From: the human T2T-CHM13v2.0 reference genome, Homo sapiens
Strand: one strand, 5' to 3'
NCBI RefSeq assembly: GCF_009914755.1
Contig: NC_060933.1
DNA length: 64,000 nucleotides
Position numbers and translations under genes: made by a program
The notes under the pieces: generated by a model
What the model was told of the DNA's origin: nothing
The model's input: only the letters and a program-made list of their open reading frames with translations
The model's database searches: none
Part shown: positions 1-17,860 of the stretch, one piece after another
Layout of the letters: each line of letters opens with the position of its first letter
Position numbering within the stretch: position 1 is the first letter of the stretch

Positions 1-499
1 ATTCTAATTCCACTTCCTGGTTACAGATACTTAAAAAAAAAAAAAAAAAAAAGCTTTTTTACCCCTCTACTGGAAATCAAGCATCCCTAGAGAGAAATAG
101 CGTCTTTTTCATGACCTTTTTTAGCACTTGGCATATTTATCATGGGGTCTAACTCAGAGAAGGTATTCCATAAATATTTATTAGCTGCTTGTACAGCTTT
201 AATAACTATTGTTGCTTCAATAAATATTCATTATGGGTGAAAAGTACATCTGCCAGGAGCTCTTGTTTTACTATATATCATAATAGGAAAATAAATTTAT
301 GAGTTTCTAAAAGATGGAAAAATTTATGAGCTAAAATATATCTTAATCACTAATGTATTTTTAAGAATCTTTGATAGTTTCTTAAATTGTTAATGCATCC
401 AAGAGGAGAGGGAGAAGTGGTGAAATTATGTAAATAACAAATTCAGGATTCTTAAGAGAAGACGGCTAAGATTATATGATAGACAATAGGCTAGGCATT

Positions 500-660
500 T
501 TTATAATTACTTTTTTTAGCTTCTCAGAAATGCTAAAAGGCTATTATATTGTTCCCATTTTCCAGATGAGGAAGCTGAGAGTTAGGGAAGTAACTTCCTT
601 TCCAACTAGTCAGGATTTGAATATGTCTGGTTTCAAAATCCACACCCTTTCTATTATACA
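500..660 (-). mobile_element. MIR SINE fragment
   Basis: cccattttccagatgaggaagctgag resembles the reverse complement of the MIR core; edges approximate. Confidence 0.7.
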
Positions 661-1309
661 TTATATCAATCAAGAATTCATTCTATAGCAATAGAACTTG
701 TTGATGGTGGTTTAAAACTGTGGGATTTATTTTCTCACATGAAAGGTAGTGTGGAGACACCTGGGCGTTGGCAATGGCCCAGTGTCTGGGTGATGTCAGG
801 GCAATGATACTGTGATGTTCTCAGCCTTTCCTCACGGTTGCAAGACTCAAGGGAGGAAGATGAGAAGGGGAAGTAGGCACTCAAATCCAAAAACTTTCTT
901 AGGAACCTCACAGCAGATTTCATTTATATCCCATTGTCCATAACAGAGTTAAGGAGGAGGATGATAAAGAGTTGGACAAGCCAATGATCAGTGTCTACAC
1001 AATCAGGTTGTGATGTTTGATAGTAGATTCTTTTGATGTTGTCTCTGTAGGGTAATTGTTAAATGATCAAGCAGTTCCTCTGAGCTCATCTCCAGCGGGT
1101 ACATTCTGGGTCAGAAGAACTGAGTTTTCAAGTGCATCTCGGGTATCTGGTCACTTTTGCTTCTGCCAACATAGTCTTGTCCAGTGTCAGAGAGAGGACA
1201 TGCTGTTAAGTGCTGCCACTTTTCATGTACTTCCTACAAGTACCATGTCTGTAGCTCTGTGCTGTAAAACTGGGGCACTGGGTTTTTCTACTTTCTGATT
1301 TTTGGGTTT

Positions 1310-1540
1310 CAAATAGAAAGAGCATCAGACAAGGAGTCAGAAGGCTCGGATTCGAGTCCAGCTTTGTTACCCGTGAAGTGACCTGAAATAAATCCCTTAA
1401 GCCCCATGGACTTTTATCCTTTTCATCTTCACAGGGTGGTGATAATATTCTTGGCTGTTTGTCAGGGTTGCAGAATGTACTAGTAAGCACTCTGAAATCA
1501 CCGAGGTCTTATATAAATGAACGTGTCATTACCGTTATTA
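1310..1540 (+). mobile_element. MIR SINE
   Basis: gagtcagaaggctcggattcgagtccagct...gtgacctg...gataata...agcactctg follows the MIR layout. Confidence 0.65.
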
Positions 1541-1599
1541 GGTCCAAAGGGGCCCTCTGGATCCAAGCACTGCAGTGACTATCTTGGATCTTGAGGCTG

Positions 1600-1750
1600 T
1601 AAGATCTCAAAGTCTGGAGCCTCTGTCATCCTTATTTCCATTTCCTGAAAACTAGCACAATGCCTGCACTTAGTGGCAACTTATTAAATGCTTATTCAAT
1701 GAGGGAGTGAGTAGGTGAATGACTGTATGCATTTTTAAAAATGAATGAAG
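1600..1750 (+). mobile_element. L2 3' end
   Basis: ctagcacaatgcctgcac...aaatgcttattcaatgag...tgaatga, the typical L2 tail. Confidence 0.65.
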
Positions 1751-2439
1751 CCCAATCCTATGACAACTGAATTCTGGCCCTTTGGCTCTTCCTGTGCTCT
1801 TGCATGTCTATCTGCCTGCTGGAGGTACTGCCTGAATGGCCTTCGCACAGCATCCAAAAGTGATTTTACCTCCAAGGTACGGTAGCTCTTATCTTCTGCT
1901 CAAAGCTGTAGGACTTCCTATTCCTGCCACCAGCATCTCTCTTCTCCAGTCCCTGGGCATGCAGTTCCAGATTTATATTTGTCTCTTTGTTTCCTCTCAT
2001 TCTCAACATCCTATCATTTGGCAAGCCTCTGAACAGTATTGTACTTCTGCAATATTCAGGTGTGAGACAGACTTCAGCCACCACGCAGTATTGCAAAGAG
2101 CTGCTCCTGATTGTGAGACCCTCTCTTCTTTCATAAGGTATTGATGCAGCTGTGGCAAAGTCTGACTTTGGTCACAGGGATGGCTTAGTCGGTCGGGCCC
2201 TTGCTCTGAGGCAGAGACTGGGCTGGATGCTCTCGGAGAGTCCTAGCCTGTCTTAGGGACCCTGCCTGTGTGGATGTGATCCTTCATGATCAGGCATTGC
2301 CAGCAGCAGACTTGAGTCTACATTTTCTCAACTAAAGAGCCATGGGTTAGACAATGATACCATGTGTTCAGATAAGGCACTGAAGAATTATATGCTCAGT
2401 TTGGATTGGGGATTCCTTTTCACTTTCACCGTTTGTAAA

Positions 2440-3100
2440 ATAATCATCTTTATTAAGATTTAATTCACATACCATTGAATCCACTTATTTAAAATGGATA
2501 ATTCAGACTTTTAGCTGTTCACAATATTGTACAACCATCACTACAATAAATTTTAGAACACTTAAATCACTTTACCCCCTCCCACCGAAAAAAAAAAAAT
2601 CCTTACCCATTAGCAGTCATTCCCCCTTTCTCTTCCTGTTCCCCAGCACCCCTGCCCCTAGCCCTAGGAAACCACTAATCTACTTTCGGTCTCTATGTAT
2701 TCATCTTCTCTGGACATGTAATATAAATGGAATTTTATCCTATGTGTTTTTTTGTGACTGGCTTCTTTCACCTGGCGTGATGTTTTCAAGGTTCGTCCTT
2801 GTTGTGGCATGTATTACTAATTCATTCCTTTTGATGCTGAATAATATTCCATTGTATGGACATGTCGCATTTTATTTTATCCATTCGTCATTGATGGATA
2901 TTTGTGTTGTTTCTGTTTTGCGTCAATGATGAATAATAATGCTGCTTTAACCATTGGTGTATAAATTTCATGTGGATATGTTTTTATTTCTCTTGGGTAG
3001 ATATCTGTGAGTAGAACTGCTGGATCATATAGTAATTCTATGTTCAACCTTTTGATGAATGGTCAGACTGTTTTCCATTGCAGATGTACCATAGTGTAAC
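2440..3100 (-). mobile_element. Old L1M (L1MB/ME-like) 3' region
   Basis: taattcacataccat...aaccactaatctactttc...tattccattgtatgga...ctgctggatcatat, hallmarks of antisense L1M 3' UTR. Confidence 0.8.
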
Positions 3101-4719
3101 TGTTTTTAACTCGGGGACAGTTTTAGCATCAGAATAGAGAAGGGCATTTAAAGTGAGAGTGATAAGTGGCTAAGATTTTAACATGTCAAAAGAAACACAA
3201 GGTTATTTTACTTTAAAGTACTGTGCATTTATAATTTGTGTCCAAGTCTCTATTAGCAAATCTTCCAGGAGACAGGATTGCATTCTGCCATCTAGCTTGT
3301 CCATGGCAGAGGTAACATACCTGGTTAAATATTCTTGCCTTTAAAGTCACCTTCACTGCAATGTGGTCTTGAACCAGAGTCTTTCTCTGCCACCCCTTGT
3401 GCCCCTTGTCAGGTATGTTCAGCCTCAGCCTAGCGGCTGGTGCGGTGCTTGTGTATCATTCCATTCCTGGAGTCCATGCTTAGCAAAATCTTTTGCCCAT
3501 GGATCTTTTTCTATAGTGGGTGACTATGGTAGAGAATTATATTACAGAGGCAACATCGTGATCTGCCAGTAGAATGCGACAGAGAAAGAGAGAGAGGAAG
3601 AGAAAGAGCGTTGCTAGGAATAGGGCCTTATCCCCACAGTAGTTAAGGAGGGTGGAGGAGAAGAAAAATCTGTTTTCATGACTTCAAGATTTTAGATGGT
3701 ATGTTCTAGAATTCTGAATACATAAAATGTAAATGCTATAACTCTGGGTTTAATTCTGTTGGCTTGCCTTCATAATTTAAGAAAATAATATGGAAAGATA
3801 AGACAGAAAAATATATCATTGTCAGCTGAGTGTAACCCTTTTTAGACTATATATCTCACCTCTGATATACTGAAATTACATGAATTTCTTATTTTAGCAA
3901 AGAGGAGAGAAAGTGTTTTTCTAGCAGATTTAAATGTCTCTTTAAAATAGTACTGGTAGTCACTCCCTATCTATTTCTTCTTTAAAAGAGTTAGGATTCA
4001 ATGGACACAGTTTTAGGAAACTAGTAAGTTTTAAAACATACAGAATGTTAGAAGTAGAGGAGAGATAGCTAAGGAAATTGAAGCCCAGATAAATTAAACA
4101 TGGTGCTCAAAGTCTCCCGGTCAGCGGCAGCTCTGGAACCACAGCCAGAGCATTGACCCTCAGGCTGGGGCTCCTTACCTGTACACACTGCCTCAGTCTG
4201 CCCTGGCTTTCCTGCACATGGAGGGCAGCAAGGAAGGAGCCTGCTAGCTGGGCACACCTGAGCTCTTGTGCCCACACGTGCTGGGACTCAGTGGCAGCCA
4301 TTAATAGTACACGGTGGTGGGGTAAGAAGTCCTAGCTCTCATATCTGATCCTCACTCTTGGCAACTACTGTGACAAACAATGCCACTGTGTGAATTATAA
4401 CAACCCAACATTCCTGAGCATGGTTAAGCCCCTCACCAGGGCTTGAGAGTGGCCCATAGGCACAAGCTCAGCCCCACTTGTACCTTTACCTGGGAGGTCT
4501 CCTGCAGGGCCTAACCCACACAATCTTGTAGGATGATCCCATTACTCTTCAAAGCAGATCACTTTCCTCATCCACAAAATGACCAATCACATCAACCACA
4601 TGAATAATAAGACTCCTCTAGTAAGGATTTGTGATGATTGAATGAGACCATGTCGGTAAAAGTGCTCTGTAAATCAGAAAAGATCACCAAAAAATAATTG
4701 TCATAAATATTTGTGGAGG

Positions 4720-4762
4720 CACACACACAGGCACGCGTGTACACACACACACGCAAACACAC
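4720..4762. repeat. (CA)n-rich imperfect microsatellite
   Basis: cacacacacaggcacgcgtgtacacacacacacgcaaacacac. Confidence 0.8.
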
Positions 4763-4924
4763 GGCTTTTATCATTTTTAAATACTTAGAAAAGTTTTTCA
4801 AGTCCTTTAACCTAGTAAATGGGCCTTCGTAACCAGAGAAAATGCCCTTGGTTCTTGGTACCAGAGAGAATCTCAGCAGATATCTTAGCAAAACATAAAG
4901 AACAAAATGAAGGGTATTCCCTGA

Positions 4925-5103
4925 GCTAGCGTTTCTCAAACTTGGCTGCATATTAGAATAGCTTGGAGAATTTTAAGAGTGCCCAGGTCTTACCCCAGAA
5001 ATTCTGATTCATTTATTTGGTAGATTTAGGGAGTGGGGAGAGGCAACCATTTATAGTTTTAAGCTCCTAGGTGACAGTAATGCACATCCAGCATGGAGAG
5101 AAA
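4925..5103. mobile_element. MER5-type hAT-Charlie MITE
   Basis: tttctcaaacttggctgcatattagaat...ccccagaaattctgattc...aagctcctaggtga. Confidence 0.7.
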
Positions 5104-5323
5104 CGATTTTATGCCACCATCCCTTAATCATCTTCCTTCCTAGTTCCTTCCCAGGCTTTGTGAGGCCAGACAATATTGCAGTCGACCGTCAAGCTCAGGT
5201 GTCCTCTGATGTTGCTGGAAGCCCAGTGGCCTGATCTGACAAACTTAGACCCACAATCAAATAAGGAGCCAGGGGCCACTTTGGATCCTAACCATCCATA
5301 TCTGAAGAGATCATTGAAGTGAC

Positions 5324-6016
<693 letters not shown>

Positions 6017-7021
6017 GTGGCCTCAATAAAGAAACTGATGGTGTATCTGGGACAAGGGAACCCCATGTTGGCCCCCTGCAGTTACATCCGGGCTGGGATC
6101 AAAAAAAATGCACTCAGGGAGGAGCCAAGATGGCCGAATAGGAACAGCTCCGGTCTACAGGTCCCAGCATGAGCTACGCAGAAGACGGGTGATTTCTGCA
6201 TTTCCATCTGAGGTACCGGGTTCATCTCACTAGGGAGTGCCAGACAGTGGGCGCAGGTCAGTGGGTGAGCGCACCGTGCGTGAGCCGAAGCAGGGCGAGA
6301 CATTGCCTCACTCGGGAAGCGCAAGGGGTCAGGGAGTTCCCTTTCCTAGTCAAAGAAAGGGGCGACAGACAGCACCTGGAAAATCGGGTCACTCCCACCT
6401 GAATACTGGGCTTTTCCAATGGGCTTAAAAAACGGCGCACCAGGAGATTATATCCCGCACCTGGCTCGGAGGGTCCTACGCCCACGGAGTCTCACTGATT
6501 GCTAGCACAGCAGTCTGAGATCAAACTGCAAGGCGGCAGTGAGCCTGGGGGAGGGGCGCCTGCCATTGCCCAGGCTTACTTAGGTAAACAAAGCAGCCAG
6601 GAAGCTCGAACTGGGTGAAGCCCACCACAGCTCAAGGAGGCCTGCCTGCCTCTGTAGGCTCCACCTCTGGGGGCAGGGCACAGACAAACAAAAAGACAGC
6701 AGTAACCTCTGCAGACTTAACTGTCCCTGTCTGACAGCTTTGAAGAGAGCAGTGGTTCTCCCAGCACGCAGCTGGAGATCTGAGAACGGGCAGACTGCCT
6801 CCTCAAGTGGGTCCCTGACCCCTGACCCCCAAGCAGCCTAACTGGGAGGCATCTCCCAGCAGGGGCAGACTGACACCTCACACGGCCAGGTACTCCAACA
6901 GACCTGCAGCTGAGGGTCCTGTCTGTTAGAAGGAAAACTAACAAACAGAAAGGACATCCACACCGAAAACCCATCTGTACATCACCATCATCAAAGACCA
7001 AAAGTAGATAAAACCACAAAG

Positions 7022-8037
7022 ATGGGGAAAAAACAGAGCAAAAAAACTGGAAACTCTAAAAAGCAGAGCGCCTCTCCTCCTCCAAAGGAACACAGTTCTT
7101 CACCAGCAACGGAACAAAGCTGGTTGGAGAATGACTTTGACGAGCTGAGAGAAAAGGCTTCAGACGATCAAATTACTCCAAGCTACGAGAGGAAATTCAG
7201 AACAAAGGCAAAGAAGTTGAAAAGCTTGAAAAAAATTTAGAAGAACGTATAACTAGAATAACCAATACAGAGAAGTGCTTAAAGGAGCTGATGGAGCTGA
7301 AAACCAAGGCTCGAGAACTACGTGAAGAATGCAGAAGCCTCAGCAGCCGATGCGATCAACTGGAAGAAAGGGTATCAGCGATGGAAGATAAAATGAATGA
7401 AATGAAGCGAGAAGGGAAGTTTAGAGAAAAAAGAATAAAGAGAAATGAACAAAGCCACCAAGAAATATGGGACTATGTGAAAAGACCAAATCTATGTCTG
7501 ATTGGTGTACGTGAAAGTGATGGGGAGAATAGAACCAAGTTGGAAAACACTCTGCAGGATATTATCCAGGAGAACTTCCCCAATCTAGCAAGGCAGGCCA
7601 ACATTCAAATTCAGGAAATACAGAGAACGTCACAGAGATACTCCTCGAGAAGAGCACCTCCAAGACACATAATTGTCAGATTCACAAAAGTTGAAATGAA
7701 GGAAAAAATGTTAAGGGCCGAAAGAGAGAAAGGTTGGTTTACCCTCAAAGGGAAGCCCATCAGACTAACAGCAGATATCTCGGCAGAAATTCTACAAGCC
7801 AGAAGAGAGTGGGGGCCAATCTTCAACATTCTTAAAGAAAAGAATTTTCAACCCAGAATTTCATATCCAGCCAAACTAAGCTTCATAAGTGAAGGAGAAA
7901 TAAAATACTTTACAGACAAGCAAATGCTGAGAGATTTTGTCACCACCAGGCCTGCCCTAAAAGAGCTCCTGAAGGAAGTGCTAAACATGGAAAGGAACAA
8001 CCAGTACCAGCCGCTGCAAAATCATGCCAAAATGTAA
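7022..8037 (+). pseudogene. L1 ORF1p, frameshifted
   Basis: MGKKQSKK... start and ...NHAKM end; 1-bp deletion near 7153 (gaaaaggc vs GAAGAAGGC) splits it into the 72-aa and 248-aa ORFs. Confidence 0.95.
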
Positions 8038-8100
8038 AGACCATCGAGACTAGGAAGAAACTGCATCAACTAACGAGCAAAATAACCAGCTAACATCATA

Positions 8101-11919
<3,819 letters not shown>

Positions 11920-12679
11920 ACAATGAGAACACATGGACACAGGACGGGGAACATCACACCCTGGGGACTGTTGTGGGGTGGGGGGAGGGGGGAGGGATAG
12001 CATTGGGAGATACACCTAATGCTAGATGATGAGTTAGTGGGTGCAGTGCACCAGCATGGCACATGTATACATACGTAACTAACCTGCACATTGTGCACAT
12101 GTACCCTAAAACTTAAAGTATATTAAAAAAAAAAAAGTTATATGCTCAGGGAGACCATTAAAGTCTAACAAGCTCCTGTATTCTTTGAGGAACCTAATAT
12201 TTCTTTTGGGAGAAGTAAGTATTCTTTCATTTTAAAAGTATTACATGTCCATTTTAAAATGTTTTGGTGGTTGGTGTTTTTAACTTTTGTTTTGGCAAAT
12301 GATTAAGAGGAAAAGTCAACGCTTGTTTTTGGTATGAGAGCAAATAAGTTCTTTCAAACACTAAGACCAGAACCTAATGTTTGCAGTATGCGCTTTTGAT
12401 CATGGCAAAGTTTAGAGTTAGAGGCATCATGCCCACTGAACTGCCATTCTTAGATGAATTCTAGGAACTAATAACAAGAGAGTATACTACTAGTAGGACT
12501 CACCTGGTCACCTTGAGACAGGATCCATTGTGAGTTCTTGGGTCTATAGAGAGAGCCTATTGCCAGGACCAGTAGGGGGCTTAAGCTTCAAGCAACTGAT
12601 ATGACATTGGAAATATAAGATCAGTTGTGGTAGAGGGGTTTAGGTGTCAGGACTAAACTTGAGGATGCCCCACCCCTTC

Positions 12680-12850
12680 GGAGTCCAGAATCAAACTATC
12701 AGGGAACAAAACCTGGCCCTGCCTCTTACTCTCTGTATGGCCTCAGGAAACTTGCATTAATACCTGTATGCTTCAGTTTCCTCATATGTAAAATTTAGAC
12801 AATAGTACTGCCTCATAGAATTGTTTTGAGGATAGTCATAATATTTCATA
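12680..12850 (+). mobile_element. MIR 5' portion (continues at 15714-15775 after the L1 insertion)
   Basis: cttcagtttcctcatatgtaaaat core; MIR tail atgcttagcacagtgcttggca resumes after the L1. Confidence 0.8.
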
Positions 12851-12867
12851 AGATTAATGTGAGTAAA

Positions 12868-15696
12868 CAGAAATACAAACAATCATCAGAGAATACTATA
12901 AACACCTCTATGCAAATAAACTAGAAAATCTAGAAGTGGGTAAATTCGTGGACACATACACCCTCTCAAGACTGAACCATGAAGAAGTTGAATCCCTGAA
13001 TAGACCAATAACAAGTTCTGAAACCGTGGCAGTAATAAATAGCCTGCCAACAAAAAAAGCCCAGGATCAGATGGATTTATGGCTGAATTCTACCAGAGGT
13101 TCAAAGAGGAGCTGTTACCATTTCTTCTGAAACTATTCCAAACAACTTAAAAGGAGGGACTCCTCCCTAACTCATTTTATGAAGCTAGCATCATCCTGAT
13201 ACCAAAACCTGGTAGAGATACAACAATAAAAGAAAATTTCAGGCCAATATTTTTGATGAATATCAATACAAATATCCTCAGTAAAATACGGGCAAACCGA
13301 ATCCAGCAGCACATCAAAAAGTGTATCCACCACGATCAAGTTGGCTTCATCCCCAAGATGCAAGGCCGGTTTAACATACACAAATCAATAAATGTAATTC
13401 TTCATGTAAACAGAACTAAAGACAAAACCCACATGATTATCTCAATAGATGCAGGAAAGGCCTTCAATAAAATTCAACAGCCCTTTATGTTAAAAACTCT
13501 CAATAAACTAGGTATTGATAGAACATACCTAAAAATAATAAGAGCCATTTATGACAAACCCACAGCCAATATCACACTAAACGGCAAAAGCTGGGAGCAT
13601 TACTCTTGCAAACCAGCACAAGAGGTGCACTCTCTTACCATTCCTATTCAACATAATATTGAAAGTTCTGACCTGGGCAATCAAGCAAGAGAAAGAAATA
13701 AAGCGTATTCACATAGGAAGAGAGAAAGTTAAACTGTCTCTGTTTGCAGATTACATGATTCTATATCTAGACAACCCCATCATCTCAGCCCAAAAGCTTC
13801 TTAAGCTGATAAGCAACTTCAGCAAAGTCTCAGGATACAAAATCAATATGCAAAAATCACAAGCATTGCTATACACCAACAACAGACAAGCAAAGAGCCA
13901 AATCATGAATGAACTCCTGTTGAGAATTGCTACAGAGAATAAAATACCTAGGAATACAGCTAACAAGGGATGTGAAGGACCTCTTCAAGGAGAACTACAA
14001 ACCACTGCTCAAGGAAATAAGAAAGGACAAAAACAAATGAAAAATATTCCATGCTCATGGATAGGAAGAATCAATATCATGAAAATGGCCATCCTTCCCA
14101 AAGTAATTGATAGATTCTATGATATTCCCATTAAACTACCATTGACATTCTTCACAGATTTAGAAAAAAAAGTATTTTAAAATTCATGTGGAACCAAAAA
14201 AGAACCTGTATAGCCAAGACAACCCTAAGCAAAAAGAACAAAGCTGGAGGCACCATGCTACCTGACTTCAAACTATACTACAAAGCTATAGTAATCAAAG
14301 CAGCATGGTACTAGTACCAAAACAGATATATAGACCAATGAAACAGAACAGAGGCCTCAGAAATAACACCACACATCTACAACCATCAGATCTTTGACAA
14401 AGCTGACAAAACCAAGCAATGGGGAAAGGATTCCCTACTTAATAAATGGTGCTGGGAGAGCTGGCTGGTCATCTGTAGAAAATTGAAACTGGGCCCCTTC
14501 CTTATACATTGTACAAAAATTATCCCAAGATAGATTAAAACCTTAATTGTAAAACCCAAAACTATGAAAACCTTAGAAGAAACCTAGAAGAAAATCTAGG
14601 CAATACCATTCAGGACATAGGCATGGGCAAAGATTTCATGACTAAAACATCAAAGGCAATTGCAACAAAAGCAAAATTGACAAATGGGACCTAACTAAAC
14701 TAAAGAGCTTCTACACAGCAAAGAAACTATCATCAGAGTGAACAGACAACCTACAGAATGGGAGAAAATTTTTGCAATCTATCCATCTGATAAAGGTCTA
14801 ATATCCAGAATCTACAAGGCACTAAACCAATTTACAAGAAAAAAAAGCAAACAACCCCATCAAAAAGTAGGCAAAGGACATAAACAGACATTTCTCAAAA
14901 GAATACATTTTTGTGGCCAACAAACATATGAAGAAAAACTCAACATCACTGATCATTAGAGAAATGCAAATCAAAACCACAGTGAGATACCATCAGACCA
15001 ATCAGAATGGAGATTATTAAAAAGTCAAGAAACAACAGATGCTGGTGAGGCTGTGGAGAAATAGAAATGCTTTTACACTGTTAGTGGGAATGTAAATTAG
15101 TTTAACCATTATGGAAGATAGTGTGGTGATTCCTCTAAGGCCTAGAACCTGAAATACCATTTGACCCAGCAATCTCATCATTGGATATATGCCCAAAGGA
15201 ATAGAAACCACTCTATTATAAAGATTCATGCATGCTTACATTTATTGCAGCACTATTCACAATAGCAAAGACATGGAATCAACCCAAATGCCCATCAGTG
15301 ATAGACGGGATAAATAAAATGTGGTACGTCTACATCATGGAATACTATGCAGCCATAAAAAGAAATGAGATCATGTCCTTTGCAGGGACATGGATGCAGC
15401 CATTATCCTCAACAAACTAACACAAGAACAGAAAACCAAACACTGAATGTTCTAACTTGTAAGTGGGAGCTAAACAATGAGAACACATGGACACAGGGAG
15501 GTGAACAACACACAGTAGGGTCTGTTAGGGGAGGGGTCAGGGGGAAGGGAGAGCATCAGGAAGAACAGCTAATGTATGCTGGACTTAATACTTAGGTGAT
15601 GGGCTGATAAGTGCAGCAAACCACCATTGCACACATTTACCTATGCAACAAACCTGCACATCCTACACATGTATCCTGGAACTTAAAATAAAATAC
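12868..15696 (+). mobile_element. 5'-truncated L1 (L1PA10-13-like), ORF2 disrupted
   Basis: ORF2 RT fragments; 3' end gagagcatcagg...ggaacttaaaataaaata; perfect TSD agattaatgtgagtaaa at 12851-12867 and 15697-15713. Confidence 0.93.
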
Positions 15697-16199
15697 AGAT
15701 TAATGTGAGTAAAATGCTTAGCACAGTGCTTGGCATGTTAGAAATGCTTGATAAATATTATTATTTTTATAATTAGTAGGCAAAATGCTTTATAATAACT
15801 TCATTCTAGTTCAGGAGTGCTGTGAAAATTATTTATAAGAATGAGCTGATGTTATTTAACATACGACCTATAAAATAGAGCAGAAGTTCACCTCTGTAAT
15901 CTACCTAAATATTCACACAGAAGAGCATTAGCTAAAACATTTGAACATGAGTTAGCTGGGAGTTGAGATGGTGAATCATTCTCCCCAGTGATCTGTAATG
16001 ATCGCTAAGAACCACCTCTAAAGGCTGGAGGCCTAGGGTACTTACAAGACAGGTGGGGAGATCCTATACTCAGAAAGAGAGGATGGATCCCCACCAGGGT
16101 AGAGGGTTTAACACCTGGACCCAAGAGTCACAGCAGTTTACCCATCATGACTACAGCCAGATTCCCTGCCTGTAAACTGAGCAACTGTAGGGCTTTAAA

Positions 16200-16305
16200 T
16201 CATTCTCTCAACAAGTATTTAATGAGCACTTACTATTTTCCAGTGGGGATATGATAGTTAGCTCAAACCCCTGGGCCCAGTCTTCATGGAGCTCACAGTC
16301 TATGG
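16200..16305 (-). mobile_element. L2 fragment
   Basis: caacaagtatttaatgagcacttact...catggagctcacagtcta. Confidence 0.65.
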
Positions 16306-16609
16306 GTCCATCCTTGGAAAACTTCAAGTTAAGCAAGAGCAGTGAGAGTTTCCTATCCTCCTCCTGTTAAAATAACTTTTTACCTCCAGGGAAATGATCT
16401 TTTTACAAAAATATGCCCCAACTCTCTGGTTTTGTCTTTAGTTTACTTTTAAATAAACTTGGATCATGGAATGAAAGATAAGGAAACTTAATAGGCTGTT
16501 GAAGCGAAAACCCTCAGAAGAGGTTGTTTCAACCAGACTTTCCTTTCTGATAAATCACTGGAGCTGCCTAAACTGAATCCCATCAATCCTCTGTTCTCTG
16601 CTAGCCCTT

Positions 16610-16969
16610 TGTCTTAGCCCACTTGGGCTGCTATAACAGGAATGGCATACACTGCGTGGCTTATAAACAATAGAAATTTATTGCTCACTGTTCTGAGGGC
16701 TGGGAAGTCCAAAATTAAGGCACCTGAAGTTGCTGTGTCTGGTGAGGGCATGCTTTCTGCTTCATAGATCGCACCTTCTAACAATGTCCTCACAGGGTGG
16801 AAGGGGCTAGCTTTTTGGGTTCTCTTATAAAGGCAATCATCTCATTCACGAGGGTGGAGCCTCATGACCTAAACCCCTCCCAAAAGCTCTCATCTTGTAA
16901 TACTGTCACATTGGGGATCAGGTTTCAACTTAGGAATTTTGGAGGAACATAAACATTCGGATCATAACA
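16610..16969 (-). mobile_element. MLT1A/MST-type MaLR solo LTR
   Basis: tgtcttagcccacttgggctgctataaca ... cattcggatcataaca. Confidence 0.85.
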
Positions 16970-17041
16970 TCCTTCGTTTCCCACATTCTTGGCAATTTCT
17001 TCCCTGGCTCATTGCCAACTGCCCTACTGTCCCTGACTACC

Positions 17042-17538
17042 TGTGACGGTTAATTTTAGGTGTCAATTTGACTGGACTAAAGGATGCACAGATAGCTGAT
17101 AAAACATTAATTCTGGGTGTGTCTGTGAGGGGGTTTCTGGAAGAAATTAGCGTTTAACTCAGTAGACTGAGTAAAGCAGATCACCCCCACCAGTGGGAGT
17201 GGGCATCCTGCAATCCATTGAGGGCCTAAATACTAATAGAAGAAAAAGGCAAAGGAGGGGCGAATTCACTTTCTCTGTTGGAGCTGGGACATCCATCTTC
17301 TCCTGCCCTCAGATATCAGAACCCCTGGTTCTCAGACCTTTGGACCTGAACTGAATTATACCACTGGCTTTTCTAGTTCTCCAGCTTGCAGAGAGCAGAT
17401 CATGATACTTAGCCTCCATAATCACATAGGAAAATTCCTATAAATAATAAACGTGTGTGTGTGTGTGTGATTGTACGCGTGCGCATGTGTATGTGTGTGT
17501 ATATGATGGTTTCTTTGGAGAATCCTATTACTCAAGAC
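17042..17538 (+). mobile_element. MLT2 (ERVL) solo LTR with internal (TG)n
   Basis: tgtgacggttaattttaggtgtcaatttgactgg start; TG repeat at 17453-17500. Confidence 0.85.
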
Positions 17539-17619
17539 TGCCTTTTCTTCATCAAATATGTTGATGCAGGTAGGATGAAGTGTCAGCAAATGAGCATATT
17601 CTAATTTACTCTTTCACTT

Positions 17620-17860
17620 TAAAAAACAAAACCAGATAATCATGGCAAGAAACCCTCCTTGACCCTCTGCATTTCTGCCTTATTTCTCTATTTTCATCCA
17701 CAGTCAAAATTCTCAGGAGTTGTCTGCATACCCTGTCTTCAGTTTTGCATGACTCATTCACCCTTCAACCTCCTCCAACCTGGCTTCTACTCCCTCAGCT
17801 CCACCCACGACATTTGCTGAAGCCATAAATTACCTTCAGGTAATCAAATAAGGTCATTTG
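17620..17860 (+). mobile_element. L2 internal fragment
   Basis: cattcacccttcaacctcctccaacctggcttct...ctccac, L2 ORF2-like. Confidence 0.55.
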
